The notes beneath the pieces are model-generated. The model did no database searches. It had not been told where the DNA came from and worked only from the letters and a program-made list of their open reading frames with translations. Below are positions 38,846-52,661 of a DNA stretch of 64,000 nt, one piece after another (the stretch's first letter is position 1; every line of letters begins with the position of its first letter). This DNA comes from Escherichia coli (lineage in GTDB: Bacteria > Pseudomonadota > Gammaproteobacteria > Enterobacterales > Enterobacteriaceae), in the NCBI RefSeq assembly GCF_003334335.1, contig NZ_QOWQ01000025.1. One strand, written 5' to 3'. Made by a program: the position numbers and the translations under genes.

Positions 38846-40201
38846 TTATTCTGCGAGAACGGCTTTCTCTTGTTTAGTAAAACCACGCGCTCTACGCCAG
38901 GTCATGAAAATACCGGTCAGATAAATTGCGCCGATAATAATGAAACCGGGAATATTTTGCGGGGAGAAAACCTGAATCAGTAACCAGGTAATGGGAGAAC
39001 CGCCCTGATCCATTGAAGCCACCATACCCCCGGCTTTTAACGCCCCAGCATTAGCCGCCAGTTGGGTGTGCAAACCAATAGTTTGCGTCGCGATCCACAG
39101 GGTGATGCTCATAATGATGACACCCGAGATTAAGGTGCGGAACAGATTTCCACGATGCACCGCGACCGCCATCGCCACGAAGAAGCCGATAGTGGCAAGA
39201 TCGCCAAACGGCAGTACCTGATTACCCGGAACACAAACAGCAATTAAAATGGTGAGCGGAATAAAAATCAGGCTTGCCGATACCACCGCCGTATGCCCCA
39301 GCAGTAATGCGGGATCCAGGCCAATCAGGAACTCCTGACCGCCGAACTTCTCCTGTAAACGACTACGGGCCTGCTTAGCGATGGGCGTTAAACCATCCAT
39401 GATGGGTTTAATCACCCGTGGCATCAGCAGCATCACCGCCGCCGTTTTTACCGCCAGCTGCAATACACCTTTGACATCGTAACCCGCGAGGATGCCGATA
39501 ATCAGCCCCATCACAAAACCCACGGTGACAGGCTCGCCAAACGGACCAAATTTACGCTGAATATCGTCGGCGCTAAATTTAATTCGGTTAACGCCTGGGA
39601 TTTTCTCGATGATAGTATCGACCAGCACCGCAATCGGCCCCATATACGCCGACGTACCGTGCGGAATAGCAATGCCTTCCAGCTCAAAGAAATTTCGGGT
39701 ATCGCGGGCAAACCAGTCGCCGAGCTTATAAACAAACGCCGCGTGAATTACCACACCCGCCATCCCTATCATCCATGAACCGGTTGCCAGATGCAGCAAC
39801 GCGCCGGTGAAGGTCATATGCCAGATATTCCAGATATCAACATTTACCACCCGCGTCATACGGGTCAGTAACATCGCCACGTTAACCAGAATCGCAATCG
39901 GAATCGCCACCAGCGCAATTTGCGACGCCCAGGTCATTGGTGAAGAGCCCGGCCAGCCGACATCGACCACATGCAGATTCAGGTCGAAATTTTCCGCCAT
40001 CGCTTTCGCCGCCGGACCAATGGAATCCAGCATTAAGCCAATCACAAGGCCAATGCCAACAAAGCCAATCCCGATATGCAGACCCGCTTTAAAGCAATCG
40101 CCTGCCTTCATGCCTAATATTTTATAAAAAATAATGATGACAATCGGCAGCATCACCGTAGGGCCGAGGTCGAGAATATAACGCATGACTTCTGAAAACA
40201 T
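38846..40201 (-). CDS. gatC: PTS galactitol-specific EIIC
   Basis: 451-aa polytopic membrane protein. Confidence 0.9.
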   Translation of the reverse strand: MFSEVMRYILDLGPTVMLPIVIIIFYKILGMKAGDCFKAGLHIGIGFVGIGLVIGLMLDSIGPAAKAMAENFDLNLHVVDVGWPGSSPMTWASQIALVAIPIAILVNVAMLLTRMTRVVNVDIWNIWHMTFTGALLHLATGSWMIGMAGVVIHAAFVYKLGDWFARDTRNFFELEGIAIPHGTSAYMGPIAVLVDTIIEKIPGVNRIKFSADDIQRKFGPFGEPVTVGFVMGLIIGILAGYDVKGVLQLAVKTAAVMLLMPRVIKPIMDGLTPIAKQARSRLQEKFGGQEFLIGLDPALLLGHTAVVSASLIFIPLTILIAVCVPGNQVLPFGDLATIGFFVAMAVAVHRGNLFRTLISGVIIMSITLWIATQTIGLHTQLAANAGALKAGGMVASMDQGGSPITWLLIQVFSPQNIPGFIIIGAIYLTGIFMTWRRARGFTKQEKAVLAE

Positions 40202-40204
40202 AGG

Positions 40205-40489
40205 TCACCCCTGTAAGATAGTCAGAATTTTATTTTGTAATGCTTCGATACCGACACCAGAAACAAAAGGCATGCCGTGAACTAACGGAATATCGCCAAA
40301 ACTACGATCCACCCTGGCAGTGGTACATATCAAATGCACACCATCCATATAGGTTTCTATTTCATTAACCCGACACTGGATTAATTCAACAGGAATATTA
40401 TGACTCTGACACAACTCTTTAATTTCTTCCGCCGCCATCGTAGAGGTCGCAACCGCGCCTCCGCAAGCGACAATAATCTTGCGTTTCAT
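40205..40489 (-). CDS. gatB: PTS galactitol-specific EIIB
   Basis: 94-aa ORF. Confidence 0.9.
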
Positions 40490-40519
40490 AAATAGTCCTT
40501 TTTATTGTTACAGAGGGAT

Positions 40520-40972
40520 TTATTCGTCTGAATCTAAAACATACTTTGTGAAGTATTCCTTTAACTGGGTTTCAGGAAGAGTGATTAGTGTCTCGACGAT
40601 ATCGGGCTGTTGTAACTTGCCAAATAAACAGCGTAAAAGTTTCAATTGCTGCTGCGGATTTTCCACAATCAACGCAATAACCAACGATACCGCCACGTCG
40701 TTATCATCATCCGCTTGCTGAAAATGAACTTTATTTGTTGGCCTTAACAGATAAATGGCTGACGACTTAGCATGAATCGCCTCACAATGCGGTATTGCAA
40801 TGGCGTGCTGCTCAAGCATTATCCCGGTAGGGAATTCTGCTTCTCTGGCAATTAATGCCTGTGGCCAGGTATCATGAACCACACTTTTGGCGAGCATCTC
40901 ATTACCGATATGGGTTAAAACTTCGCTACGATCGACAAAAGAAATTCCGCTACGAACAAACAGGTTAGTCAT
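40520..40972 (-). CDS. gatA: PTS galactitol-specific EIIA
   Basis: 150-aa ORF. Confidence 0.9.
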   Translation of the reverse strand: MTNLFVRSGISFVDRSEVLTHIGNEMLAKSVVHDTWPQALIAREAEFPTGIMLEQHAIAIPHCEAIHAKSSAIYLLRPTNKVHFQQADDDNDVAVSLVIALIVENPQQQLKLLRCLFGKLQQPDIVETLITLPETQLKEYFTKYVLDSDE

Positions 40973-40981
40973 ATACCGTCC

Positions 40982-42244
<1,263 letters not shown>

Positions 42245-42245
42245 A

Positions 42246-43136
<891 letters not shown>

Positions 43137-43274
43137 CTATCGTTTATTTTCGATTTCAAAACATAATGAAATTATTTGTTTTTAAATGTCGAGATAACGA
43201 TCACAAAAACGACAATATGAAAATTAATCCAGAATGACAGGCAAAAAAACGGCCTCCCGGGGGAAGCCGTAACG

Positions 43275-43425
43275 AAGTGTGCGTGTTTTTATGCCGGATG
43301 CGGTGTAAACATACGTGGCAGCGCTGTGTAGGCATGATAAGACGCTTCAGCGTCGCATCAGGCATAGGTTGCCGGATGCAGTGTAAACGCCTTATCCGTC
43401 CTACGGGGTGGTGCTGTTCGTATGA
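43275..43425. repeat. REP/BIME cluster
   Basis: Several inverted GCCGGATGCGGTGTAAAC-type palindromic units between gatY and fbaB. Confidence 0.7.
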
Positions 43426-43431
43426 GGCGTA

Positions 43432-44484
43432 TCAGGCAATAGTAATTTTGCTATCGAGATAAACGTCCTGCACGGCGTTAATCAGTTTCACGCCGTCAGC
43501 CATCGATTTCTTGAACGCCTTACGTCCAAGAATCAGCCCCATTCCGCCAGCGCGTTTGTTGATAACCGCAGTACGCACTGCATCACTGAGGTCAGTTTCA
43601 CCGCCTGCAGCACCGCCGGAGTTAATCAGCCCTGCGCGCCCCATATAGCAGTTAGCTAACTGATAACGCACCAGATCAATCGGGTTTTCGCTGGTTAACT
43701 TGCTGTACACGCGATCGTCGGTATAACCGTAATTAATTGCTTTATAGCCGCCGTTATTTTCCGCCATTTTTTGTTTGACGATATCTGCACCGATGGTTGC
43801 CGCCAGATGGTTTGCCTGACCGGTCAGGTCGGCGGAAACATGGTAATCAACGCCATCTTTCTTAAAGGCGGAGTTACGCAAATAGGCCCACAGCACTGTC
43901 ACCATACCCAGCTCGTGCGCACGTTCAAAAGCCGCAGAAATTTCTTCAATCTGGCGACGTGACTCTTCCGAGCCAAAATAGATAGTCGCACCAACCGCAA
44001 CCGCGCCCATGTTGAACGCCTGCTCCACGCTGGCATACAGCGTTTGATCGTAGGTATTCGGGTAACTTAGCGTCTCGTTGTGATTAAGTTTGACGAGGAA
44101 TGGAATGCGATGCGCATAACGCCGCGATACCGACGCCAGCACGCCGTAAGTTGACGCCACACAGTTACAGCCCGCTTCGATCGCCAGTTCAACAATGTTT
44201 TTCGGGTCAAAGTAGAGCGGGTTAGCAGCAAATGAAGCTCCGGCAGAGTGCTCAACGCCCTGGTCAACCGGCAGAATAGAAAGATATCCTGTGCCAGCCA
44301 GACGCCCGGTGTTGTACAACGTCTGCATATTACGTAACACCGCAGGCGGGCGATTATTGTCAATCATCACGCGGTCTACGTAGTCATGTCCGGGGAGATA
44401 AAGCTGGTCAGAAGGAATAGTCATACAACGGTGCTGTAAAAGGTTGTCGGCGTCTTTGCCAAGCAACTGCGCAATATCTGTCAT
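43432..44484 (-). CDS. fbaB: Fructose-bisphosphate aldolase class I
   Basis: Start at [18 protein letters not shown] giving 350 aa. Confidence 0.9.
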
Positions 44485-44740
44485 TACTATGCTCCCGTAA
44501 ATTCCGATTGGATATCGGCTATGGATTGTCCTGGCCCGCCTTTTGCGGGCAATCATAATCCTGGTCGTTACGGGCGAGTTTTTCCATCTTTTGGATGTTT
44601 TTTCAGCGTTTTCTGTTGGCTCGATTCATCAGAAAAAATGTTAGCGCGGTCAAGTTTTCACCGCAAAGGTATTTAAAAGGTATTATTAAGTGGTATTGTC
44701 ATCGCGTACCTTACATTACCTGTCATGAAGGAATTAAAAG

Positions 44741-46018
44741 ATGAAAACAACAGCAAAGCTGTCGTTCATGATGTTTGTTGAATGGTTTATCTGGGGCGCG
44801 TGGTTTGTGCCATTGTGGTTGTGGTTAAGTAAAAGCGGTTTTAGTGCCGGAGAAATTGGCTGGTCGTATGCCTGTACCGCCATTGCGGCGATCCTGTCGC
44901 CAATTCTGGTTGGCTCCATCACTGACCGCTTTTTCTCGGCGCAAAAAGTGCTGGCGGTATTGATGTTCGCTGGTGCTGTGCTGATGTATTTCGCTGCGCA
45001 ACAGACCACTTTTGCCGGGTTCTTCCCGTTACTGCTGGCCTACTCGCTAACCTATATGCCGACCATTGCGCTGACTAACAGCATCGCTTTTGCCAACGTG
45101 CCGGATGTTGAGCGTGATTTCCCGCGCATTCGTGTGATGGGCACTATCGGCTGGATTGCCTCCGGTCTGGCATGTGGTTTCTTGCCGCAAATACTGGGGT
45201 ATGCCGATATCTCACCGACTAACATCCCGCTGCTGATTACCGCCGGAAGTTCTGCTCTGCTCGGTGTGTTTGCGTTTTTCCTGCCCGACACGCCGCCAAA
45301 AAGCACCGGCAAAATGGACATTAAAGTCATGCTCGGCCTGGATGCGCTGATCCTGCTGCGCGATAAAAACTTCCTCGTCTTTTTCTTCTGTTCATTCCTG
45401 TTTGCGATGCCACTGGCGTTCTATTACATCTTTGCCAACGGTTATCTGACCGAAGTTGGCATGAAAAACGCCACCGGCTGGATGACGCTCGGCCAGTTCT
45501 CTGAAATATTCTTTATGCTGGCATTACCGTTTTTCACTAAACGCTTTGGTATCAAAAAGGTATTATTGCTTGGTCTGGTCACCGCTGCGATCCGCTATGG
45601 CTTCTTTATTTACGGTAGTGCGGATGAATATTTCACCTACGCGTTACTGTTCCTCGGTATTTTGCTTCACGGCGTAAGTTACGATTTTTACTACGTTACC
45701 GCTTACATCTATGTCGATAAAAAAGCCCCCGTGCATATGCGTACCGCCGCGCAGGGGCTGATCACGCTCTGCTGCCAGGGCTTCGGCAGTTTGCTCGGCT
45801 ATCGTCTTGGCGGTGTGATGATGGAAAAGATGTTCGCTTATCAGGAACCGGTAAACGGACTGACTTTCAACTGGTCCGGGATGTGGACTTTTGGCGCGGT
45901 GATGATTGCCATTATCGCCGTGCTGTTCATGATTTTTTTCCGCGAATCCGACAACGAAATTACGGCTATCAAGGTCGATGATCGCGATATTGCGTTGACA
46001 CAAGGGGAAGTTAAATGA
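44741..46018 (+). CDS. yegT: MFS nucleoside transporter YegT
   Basis: 425-aa polytopic ORF. Confidence 0.85.
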   Translation: MKTTAKLSFMMFVEWFIWGAWFVPLWLWLSKSGFSAGEIGWSYACTAIAAILSPILVGSITDRFFSAQKVLAVLMFAGAVLMYFAAQQTTFAGFFPLLLAYSLTYMPTIALTNSIAFANVPDVERDFPRIRVMGTIGWIASGLACGFLPQILGYADISPTNIPLLITAGSSALLGVFAFFLPDTPPKSTGKMDIKVMLGLDALILLRDKNFLVFFFCSFLFAMPLAFYYIFANGYLTEVGMKNATGWMTLGQFSEIFFMLALPFFTKRFGIKKVLLLGLVTAAIRYGFFIYGSADEYFTYALLFLGILLHGVSYDFYYVTAYIYVDKKAPVHMRTAAQGLITLCCQGFGSLLGYRLGGVMMEKMFAYQEPVNGLTFNWSGMWTFGAVMIAIIAVLFMIFFRESDNEITAIKVDDRDIALTQGEVK

Positions 46019-47019
46019 AAACAGAACGTATTCTCGGTGCTCTTTATGGGCAGGCGTTAGGGGATGCGATGGGGATGCCCTCCGAGCTTTGGCCACGCAG
46101 CCGCGTTAAAGCACACTTTGGCTGGATTGACCGTTTTCTTCCTGGACCAAAGGAGAATAACGCGGCCTGTTATTTTAACCGCGCCGAATTCACCGACGAT
46201 ACCTCGATGGCGCTGTGTCTGGCGGATGCGTTACTGGAACGTGAAGGCAAGATCGATCCGAATCTGATTGGGCGTAATATTCTCGACTGGGCGCTGCGTT
46301 TCGACGCCTTTAACAAAAACGTACTTGGTCCGACCTCGAAGATTGCGCTTAACGCCATTCGCGACGGTAAACCCATTGCTGAACTGGAAAACAACGGCGT
46401 GACCAACGGCGCAGCGATGCGCGTCTCGCCATTAGGTTGTTTGCTTCCGGCGCACGATGTTGATTCCTTTATTGATGATGTGGCGCTGGCGTCCAGCCCG
46501 ACCCATAAATCCGATCTGGCGGTTGCAGGCGCGGTAGTCATCGCATGGGCGATTTCTCGTGCCATTGACGGAGAAAGCTGGTCAGCGATTGTAGATTCAC
46601 TGCCTTCAATTGCGCGACATGCACAGCAAAAACGCATCACCACGTTCAGCGCCTCACTGGCAGCACGTCTGGAGATTGCGCTGAAAATTGTGCGCAATGC
46701 CGACGGCACCGAATCCGCCAGCGAACAGCTTTACCAGGTCGTTGGCGCAGGTACCAGCACTATTGAGTCCGTTCCGTGCGCCATTGCGCTGGTTGAACTG
46801 GCACAAACCGACCCGAATCGCTGCGCCGTCCTGTGCGCTAACCTTGGCGGCGACACAGACACCATCGGCGCTATGGCGACGGCGATTTGCGGCGCGTTGC
46901 ATGGCGTTAACGCTATCGATCCTGCATTAAAGGCGGAACTGGATGCGGTAAATCAGCTTGATTTCAACCGCTATGCCACAGCGCTGGCGAAATATCGTCA
47001 ACAACGGGAGGCGGTATGA
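46015..47019 (+). CDS. yegU: ADP-ribosylglycohydrolase-family protein YegU
   Basis: 334-aa ORF overlapping yegT stop. Confidence 0.85.
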   Translation: MKTERILGALYGQALGDAMGMPSELWPRSRVKAHFGWIDRFLPGPKENNAACYFNRAEFTDDTSMALCLADALLEREGKIDPNLIGRNILDWALRFDAFNKNVLGPTSKIALNAIRDGKPIAELENNGVTNGAAMRVSPLGCLLPAHDVDSFIDDVALASSPTHKSDLAVAGAVVIAWAISRAIDGESWSAIVDSLPSIARHAQQKRITTFSASLAARLEIALKIVRNADGTESASEQLYQVVGAGTSTIESVPCAIALVELAQTDPNRCAVLCANLGGDTDTIGAMATAICGALHGVNAIDPALKAELDAVNQLDFNRYATALAKYRQQREAV

Positions 47020-47981
47020 GCGGCGCTCGATTACACACGCTGCTGCCTGAATTAACCTCGCGTCAGCCGGTGATGGTCGTCGGCGCGGCGGTCATTGATG
47101 TGATCGCCGACGCTTATGCCCTCCCCTGGCGTGGGTGCGATATCGAACTGAAGCAGCAGAGCGTTAACGTTGGCGGCTGCGCACTGAATATTGCCGTGGC
47201 GTTAAAGCGCCTCGGCATCGAAGCGGGTAATGCCTTGCCGCTCGGTCAGGGCGTGTGGGCGGAGATTATTCGCAACCGGATGGCGAAAGAGGGGTTAATC
47301 AGCCTGATCGATAACGCCGAAGGCGATAACGGCTGGTGTCTGGCGCTGGTTGAGCCGGATGGCGAACGCACTTTTATGTCATTCAGCGGTGTGGAAAATC
47401 AGTGGAATCGCCAGTGGCTGGCGCGATTAACCGTTGCGCCTGGCAGCCTGCTCTATTTTTCCGGTTATCAACTGGCCTCGCCCTGCGGCGAATTGTTAGT
47501 GGAATGGCTGGAAAAGCTGCAAGACGTGACGCCGTTTATCGATTTTGGCCCACGTATCGGCGATATCCCGGACGCATTACTGGCGCGGATCATGGCCTGT
47601 CGACCTTTAGTATCACTCAATCGTCAAGAGGCTGAGATTGCCGCCGAACGTTTTGCTTTATCCGCAGAGATAACAACACTTGGCAAGCAATGGCAGGAGA
47701 AATTTGCCGCGCCGTTGATCGTTCGTCTCGATAAAGAGGGTGCATGGTATTTCAGCAACGACGCTTCTGGCTGCATTCCGGCATTTCCAACGCAAGTTGT
47801 AGACACCATTGGGGCGGGCGACAGTCATGCAGGTGGCGTACTTGCCGGGCTGGCCTCTGGTCTGCCACTGGCGGATGCCGTATTACTGGGCAATGCAGTG
47901 GCGTCGTGGGTTGTCGGGCATCGGGGCGGTGATTGTGCGCCAACGCGCGAGGAACTACTCCTCGCACACAAAAACGTATAG
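47016..47981 (+). CDS. yegV: PfkB-family sugar kinase YegV
   Basis: 321-aa ORF with GAGD motif. Confidence 0.85.
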   Translation: MSGARLHTLLPELTSRQPVMVVGAAVIDVIADAYALPWRGCDIELKQQSVNVGGCALNIAVALKRLGIEAGNALPLGQGVWAEIIRNRMAKEGLISLIDNAEGDNGWCLALVEPDGERTFMSFSGVENQWNRQWLARLTVAPGSLLYFSGYQLASPCGELLVEWLEKLQDVTPFIDFGPRIGDIPDALLARIMACRPLVSLNRQEAEIAAERFALSAEITTLGKQWQEKFAAPLIVRLDKEGAWYFSNDASGCIPAFPTQVVDTIGAGDSHAGGVLAGLASGLPLADAVLLGNAVASWVVGHRGGDCAPTREELLLAHKNV

Positions 47982-48701
47982 ATCGCTGCGACAGTGGCTA
48001 ATGCTGTACTCAATAGGCCGTTGCTGTTGGTCAAGCGCCACTTGCTTGATCACCAGCACCGGTATTTTGCTATCTAACTGAATATGTGACTGAAACTCGG
48101 CATCCGGCATCCGGGCGCTAACGCGGGAACGCGTACGTTGTGGGTAAATGTGCTGGCTGCGGAAATAGTCATAAAGTGAAATCCCGATGGCATCAACATC
48201 ATGAATTAAATGCGCCGGAACCCACGATTCCTCAATCGATACCGCTTCTTCATCGACATAGCGAATACGCTTAAGCAAAAAGACATCACTTCCTGCTTCG
48301 ACCGCCAGCTGCTGCGCGACTTCTTCGGGACATTTCACGACACGCTTGTTAACCCATAGCGTATCGGGCTTTTTCCCGCGCAATACCACCTGCTGAGAAA
48401 AACCTCGCGCTTCTTTCAACGAGTATTCGAAGATGTTGTTGATCTGCGTGCCGTAACCGCGCGAACGCGTCACCACACCCTCTTCTTCCAGCGCCTGCAT
48501 CGCCTTGCGCACCGTAATGCGCGAAACGCCGGTTAACTGACTTAAATCACGCTCACCGGGCAAAATATTGCCATGCTCCAGCACCCCGCTGCGCACGGCA
48601 TTTTTTACCGTTTCGGCAAACTTAATATAAAGCGGCGTGTTATCCGCCGCTAAAATACGCTCGTTCAGTTGGGCAATCAGCTGGGTATGCGCTTGTTCCA
48701 T
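47955..48701 (-). CDS. yegW: GntR-family transcriptional regulator YegW
   Basis: 248-aa ORF with N-terminal HTH. Confidence 0.85.
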   Translation of the reverse strand: MEQAHTQLIAQLNERILAADNTPLYIKFAETVKNAVRSGVLEHGNILPGERDLSQLTGVSRITVRKAMQALEEEGVVTRSRGYGTQINNIFEYSLKEARGFSQQVVLRGKKPDTLWVNKRVVKCPEEVAQQLAVEAGSDVFLLKRIRYVDEEAVSIEESWVPAHLIHDVDAIGISLYDYFRSQHIYPQRTRSRVSARMPDAEFQSHIQLDSKIPVLVIKQVALDQQQRPIEYSISHCRSDLYVFVCEE

Positions 48702-48752
48702 TTGTCTTTTTCCTGCCGGGGAGTCTGGTGGGAGTATATCACTGCTTCTTAT

Positions 48753-49580
48753 TTAAGGCGTTTCTTTAATCCCATCAACGAATGCCTGCAACTCCTCCAC
48801 CGTGCCATTAAATACATTAAAATCCACCGGACCATTGATGCCATCTACCTGTCCACGGTCGGAATGCTGCCAGAAGCGCCAGGCCATGCCGTCATTGTCC
48901 GGACGACGTTGATAGTAGTGAGCCACCCACCACGGATATTCATTGAAATAGCCCGCCAGATTGGTGTGATAAAAAACGGCTCCTGAGTAAATAATCGGCT
49001 TTTTTCCCGTACTTTTTTCGACCATTTTTAGCCACTGACTTACTCGTTTGCGTAATTCTTTTGCCGATAATTTTCCCCGTTCTTCTACGTCCAGTACCGC
49101 AGGGAAATCGCCTTGTGAGAAATCCACCGTTTGCAGAAATAATCGTGCCTGAACCGGCGCTGCTACCGACGGGGAGAAATAATGATACGCCCCGCGCAGC
49201 AGGCCATTTTCGCGGCTTAGTTGCCAGTTACGCGAAAAATACGGGTCCACCAGCTTTTCGCCTTCCGTCGCCTTAATAAAAGCAAACTGTAAGCGGATAC
49301 CGTTGTCGCGCATTTTTGCCACCCGCTGCCAGTCGATCCGCTCCTGCCAGCGAGAAACATCTATTCCGTGAATGGTGTAACTGGCAGGAATGCGAATAGC
49401 GAAAGATTTAACCGGGCGATAACCGTAGAAATGGATGTAGTCTGTAATCTGAACTGCTGTCGAATAGAAAAAATTCACCGTCTGACGCGGATAAATTGCA
49501 ACGATGGAAATTAGCCCAAGAGCGCATAATAGAGAGGTGAGTTTTTTTCGACTGGTAATTCTTAGCTGCATTGGTTTCAT
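48753..49580 (-). CDS. yegX: GH25-family lysozyme-like protein YegX
   Basis: 275-aa ORF with signal/TM N-terminus. Confidence 0.8.
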   Translation of the reverse strand: MKPMQLRITSRKKLTSLLCALGLISIVAIYPRQTVNFFYSTAVQITDYIHFYGYRPVKSFAIRIPASYTIHGIDVSRWQERIDWQRVAKMRDNGIRLQFAFIKATEGEKLVDPYFSRNWQLSRENGLLRGAYHYFSPSVAAPVQARLFLQTVDFSQGDFPAVLDVEERGKLSAKELRKRVSQWLKMVEKSTGKKPIIYSGAVFYHTNLAGYFNEYPWWVAHYYQRRPDNDGMAWRFWQHSDRGQVDGINGPVDFNVFNGTVEELQAFVDGIKETP

Positions 49581-49635
49581 CCCTGAATGTCAGTGCCAAA
49601 GGCTGACAATAACCAAAGCAGCTATAGTACGGTGC

Positions 49636-50436
49636 TCACCACCAGGCGTGGAAGTGGTGAACCGGACCAATACCGTGACCAACTTCCAGCGTGTCGGCCT
49701 GGGCTAATGCTGATGAAAGCCAGCTTTTTGCCTCCTGTACGGTGTCAGCCCAGTTTGTATGGCGCGGGCGTAGTGCAGCCAACGCCGCAGAGAGCGTACA
49801 ACCAGTGCCGTGGGTGTTTTTGGTCATAATGCGCGGTGCGGTAAACCGTTGTTCACCCTCGCGGGTAAACAGCCAGTCCGGGCTTTGCTCATCATCCAGA
49901 TGACCACCTTTCATTAGCACTGCGCCACAGCCCATCGCCAACAGCGATCGCCCTTGTTCCAGCATTTCCTGTTCGGTGCGCGCGTGTGGCGCGTCGAGCA
50001 AGGCGGCAGCTTCGGGCAAGTTTGGCGTTATTAATGAAACCTGTGGCAATAATCGACTGCGCAGCGTAGCAACCGCCGAAGGTGAAAGCAGCGGGTCGCC
50101 GCTTTTTGCCAGCATAACGGTGTCGAGTACCACGTTTTGGATCTGATAACGTTGCAACCGTTCTGCCACCGCTTCAACAATATCGGTTTCCGCCAACATA
50201 CCGATTTTAGTGGTGTCGATTCGCACATCGCTGAACACCGAATCGAGCTGGGCGGCGACAAAATCAGGCTCAATGCGATACACCGACTGTACGCCACGGG
50301 TATTTTGCGCCACCAGTGCAGTAATAACTGAGCAACCATAAGCGCCAAGTGCCGAGAAGGTTTTAAGATCGGCCTGAATCCCCGCACCACCACTCGGATC
50401 AGTACCGGCAATCGTCAGAGCGTTAATTCGTTTCAT
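49636..50436 (-). CDS. thiD: Hydroxymethylpyrimidine/phosphomethylpyrimidine kinase
   Basis: 266-aa ORF downstream of thiM. Confidence 0.9.
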   Translation of the reverse strand: MKRINALTIAGTDPSGGAGIQADLKTFSALGAYGCSVITALVAQNTRGVQSVYRIEPDFVAAQLDSVFSDVRIDTTKIGMLAETDIVEAVAERLQRYQIQNVVLDTVMLAKSGDPLLSPSAVATLRSRLLPQVSLITPNLPEAAALLDAPHARTEQEMLEQGRSLLAMGCGAVLMKGGHLDDEQSPDWLFTREGEQRFTAPRIMTKNTHGTGCTLSAALAALRPRHTNWADTVQEAKSWLSSALAQADTLEVGHGIGPVHHFHAWW

Positions 50437-51221
50437 GCCTGCACCTCCTGCGTCAATTGCCAGAGCGCATCAAGGAAATGTGGAACAAAACTGCCTGGCC
50501 CCTCGCTTCTGGCGACTGCGCGCTCTCCGGCTTGTTTCATCCAGTGACAGGCAGATGCGACATTTTCCAGCATATCGCCTGGTAACGCACAACAGGCAGC
50601 AACAACCGCCGATAATGCACAGCCAGTTCCTACCACTTTGGTCATTAGCGGATCGCCACCGTGAATGCCAACGATATGATGCCCATCGGTAACATAATCC
50701 ACCTCGCCTGTGACCACGACGATTGCGCCAGTTTCCCGTGCCAGTGTTTGTGCAGCGGGTATTGCGTTAGCTGCGGCGTCAGTGGTATCCACTCCCCGTC
50801 CACCATTAGCAACGCCAGCTAATGCCATGATTTCCGAAGCATTACCACGTATGGCGGTTGGCTTATGAGACAGAAGTTCCAGACAAAAACGGCGGCGATA
50901 ATCGAGTGCACCCACCGCTACTGGATCAAGCGTCCAGGGCGTTTGAGAGCTTTTTGCTTGCTCAACGGCGGCACGCATCGCCTGTGCGCGTGGCTGCGTC
51001 AGCGTGCCAACGTTAATCAGCAACGCACTAGCAATAGCCGCAAACTGACTGGCCTCTTCGGTTTCGATAACCATCGCTGGCGATGCACCGAGCGCCAGCA
51101 AGGTATTGGCGGTAAAGGTTTGCACCACATCGTTGGTCATGCAGTGCACAAGAGGGGAATGTTGGTGAAAAAGGTGTAACGCGTGCGCAGATTGCGCTGA
51201 ACTCAGCAGGTCGACTTGCAT
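50433..51221 (-). CDS. thiM: Hydroxyethylthiazole kinase
   Basis: 262-aa ORF preceded by TPP riboswitch. Confidence 0.9.
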   Translation of the reverse strand: MQVDLLSSAQSAHALHLFHQHSPLVHCMTNDVVQTFTANTLLALGASPAMVIETEEASQFAAIASALLINVGTLTQPRAQAMRAAVEQAKSSQTPWTLDPVAVGALDYRRRFCLELLSHKPTAIRGNASEIMALAGVANGGRGVDTTDAAANAIPAAQTLARETGAIVVVTGEVDYVTDGHHIVGIHGGDPLMTKVVGTGCALSAVVAACCALPGDMLENVASACHWMKQAGERAVARSEGPGSFVPHFLDALWQLTQEVQA

Positions 51222-51345
51222 AGTTTGCTCCTGCCATAACGTGAAGAAGCAATGACCTGGTGGTCCGTGACTTCCCTACGCTGGCATTATCCAGATCAGG
51301 TGATACGGGTATTTCTCAGCCTTCACGCAGAAGGGCACCCCGAGT
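51222..51345 (-). promoter_or_regulatory. TPP (thi-box) riboswitch in the thiMD leader
   Basis: Minus-strand GGCTGAGAAATACCCGTATCACCTGATCTGGATAATGCCAGCGTAGGGAA recognised as the thiM thi-box. Confidence 0.85.
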
Positions 51346-51443
51346 CGTTTGGTTGCGATGATAAATCGCAGAGGAGGATGGTAATGTCCAGCGCACGCGT
51401 TGTAAACGAGGAAAAACGGCAGTTTTACAATCGCGTTAATAAA

Positions 51444-51716
51444 TTATTTGATATATGAATCCAGCACCTTCAGAACGACATCCAGATCTTCTTCACGTTT
51501 TAGCTCATCCCCCTGGTGAACGATGTGTTCCGTCAGATGACCTTTAATCACTTCCCGCATCAGACCGTTTACCGCGCCACGGATAGCAGCAATCTGTTGT
51601 AAAACTGCAGCGCATTCGTGCGGCTCGTCGAGCATTTTCTTGAGCGCCACGACCTGGCCCTGAATCTTACTGGCACGCGCTTTCAGTTTCTGTTTATCAC
51701 GGATTGTATGAGACAT
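51444..51716 (-). CDS. rcnR: Ni/Co-responsive repressor RcnR
   Basis: 90-aa ORF divergent from rcnA. Confidence 0.9.
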
Positions 51717-51764
51717 GGCAACACCTGGTTAACAAGAATATGAAAAATCATAGCACTATTAATC

Positions 51765-51799
51765 TACTGGGGGGTAGTATCAGGTACTGGGGGGGAGTA
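51765..51799. promoter_or_regulatory. Two RcnR operator sites (TACT-G6/7-AGTA) in the rcnR-rcnA intergenic region
   Basis: TACTGGGGGGTAGTA at 51765-51779 and TACTGGGGGGGAGTA at 51785-51799. Confidence 0.8.
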
Positions 51800-51836
51800 G
51801 AATCAGATTGCCGAATTAATACTAAGAATTATTATC

Positions 51837-52661
51837 ATGACCGAATTTACAACTCTTCTTCAGCAAGGAAACGCCTGGTTCTTCATCCCCAGCGCCATCT
51901 TACTTGGTGCGCTTCATGGCCTGGAACCAGGGCACTCAAAAACGATGATGGCGGCGTTTATCATCGCCATCAAAGGCACCATTAAACAGGCGGTGATGCT
52001 CGGACTGGCAGCAACTATTTCGCATACCGCAGTGGTCTGGTTAATTGCCTTTGGCGGGATGGTGATCAGCAAGCGCTTTACTGCTCAATCAGCAGAACCG
52101 TGGCTCCAGCTGATTTCCGCAGTGATCATTATTGGCACCGCGTTCTGGATGTTCTGGCGTACCTGGCGCGGCGAACGCAACTGGCTGGAGAATATGCACG
52201 AGTATGATCATGAACATCATCACCACGATCACGAAGATCACCACGACCATGGACATCATCACCATCACGAACATGGCGAGTATCAGGATGCCCATGCACG
52301 AGCCCATGCCAATGATATTAAACGACGCTTTGATGGTAGAGAGGTCACCAACTGGCAAATTTTGTTATTTGGCTTAACAGGTGGTCTTATCCCCTGTCCG
52401 GCAGCAATTACCGTGCTGTTGATTTGCATTCAGTTGAAAGCCCTGACACTGGGCGCAACACTGGTCGTCAGTTTCAGCATTGGCCTGGCGTTAACGCTTG
52501 TCACCGTAGGCGTTGGCGCAGCAATCAGCGTTCAGCAGGTCGCAAAACGCTGGAGCGGATTTAACACTCTCGCTAAACGCGCCCCCTATTTTTCCAGTCT
52601 GTTGATTGGCTTAGTCGGTGTGTATATGGGCGTACATGGCTTCATGGGCATAATGCGATAA
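51837..52661 (+). CDS. rcnA: Ni/Co efflux protein RcnA (His-rich loop)
   Basis: 274-aa membrane ORF with HEHHHHDHEDHHDHGHHHHHEH stretch. Confidence 0.9.
   Translation: MTEFTTLLQQGNAWFFIPSAILLGALHGLEPGHSKTMMAAFIIAIKGTIKQAVMLGLAATISHTAVVWLIAFGGMVISKRFTAQSAEPWLQLISAVIIIGTAFWMFWRTWRGERNWLENMHEYDHEHHHHDHEDHHDHGHHHHHEHGEYQDAHARAHANDIKRRFDGREVTNWQILLFGLTGGLIPCPAAITVLLICIQLKALTLGATLVVSFSIGLALTLVTVGVGAAISVQQVAKRWSGFNTLAKRAPYFSSLLIGLVGVYMGVHGFMGIMR

Noticed and set aside
52089-52377. Antisense and alternate-frame ORFs across the His-rich segment of rcnA
   Set aside because: By-product of the repetitive CAC/CAT histidine codon tract; rcnA itself is the real gene.
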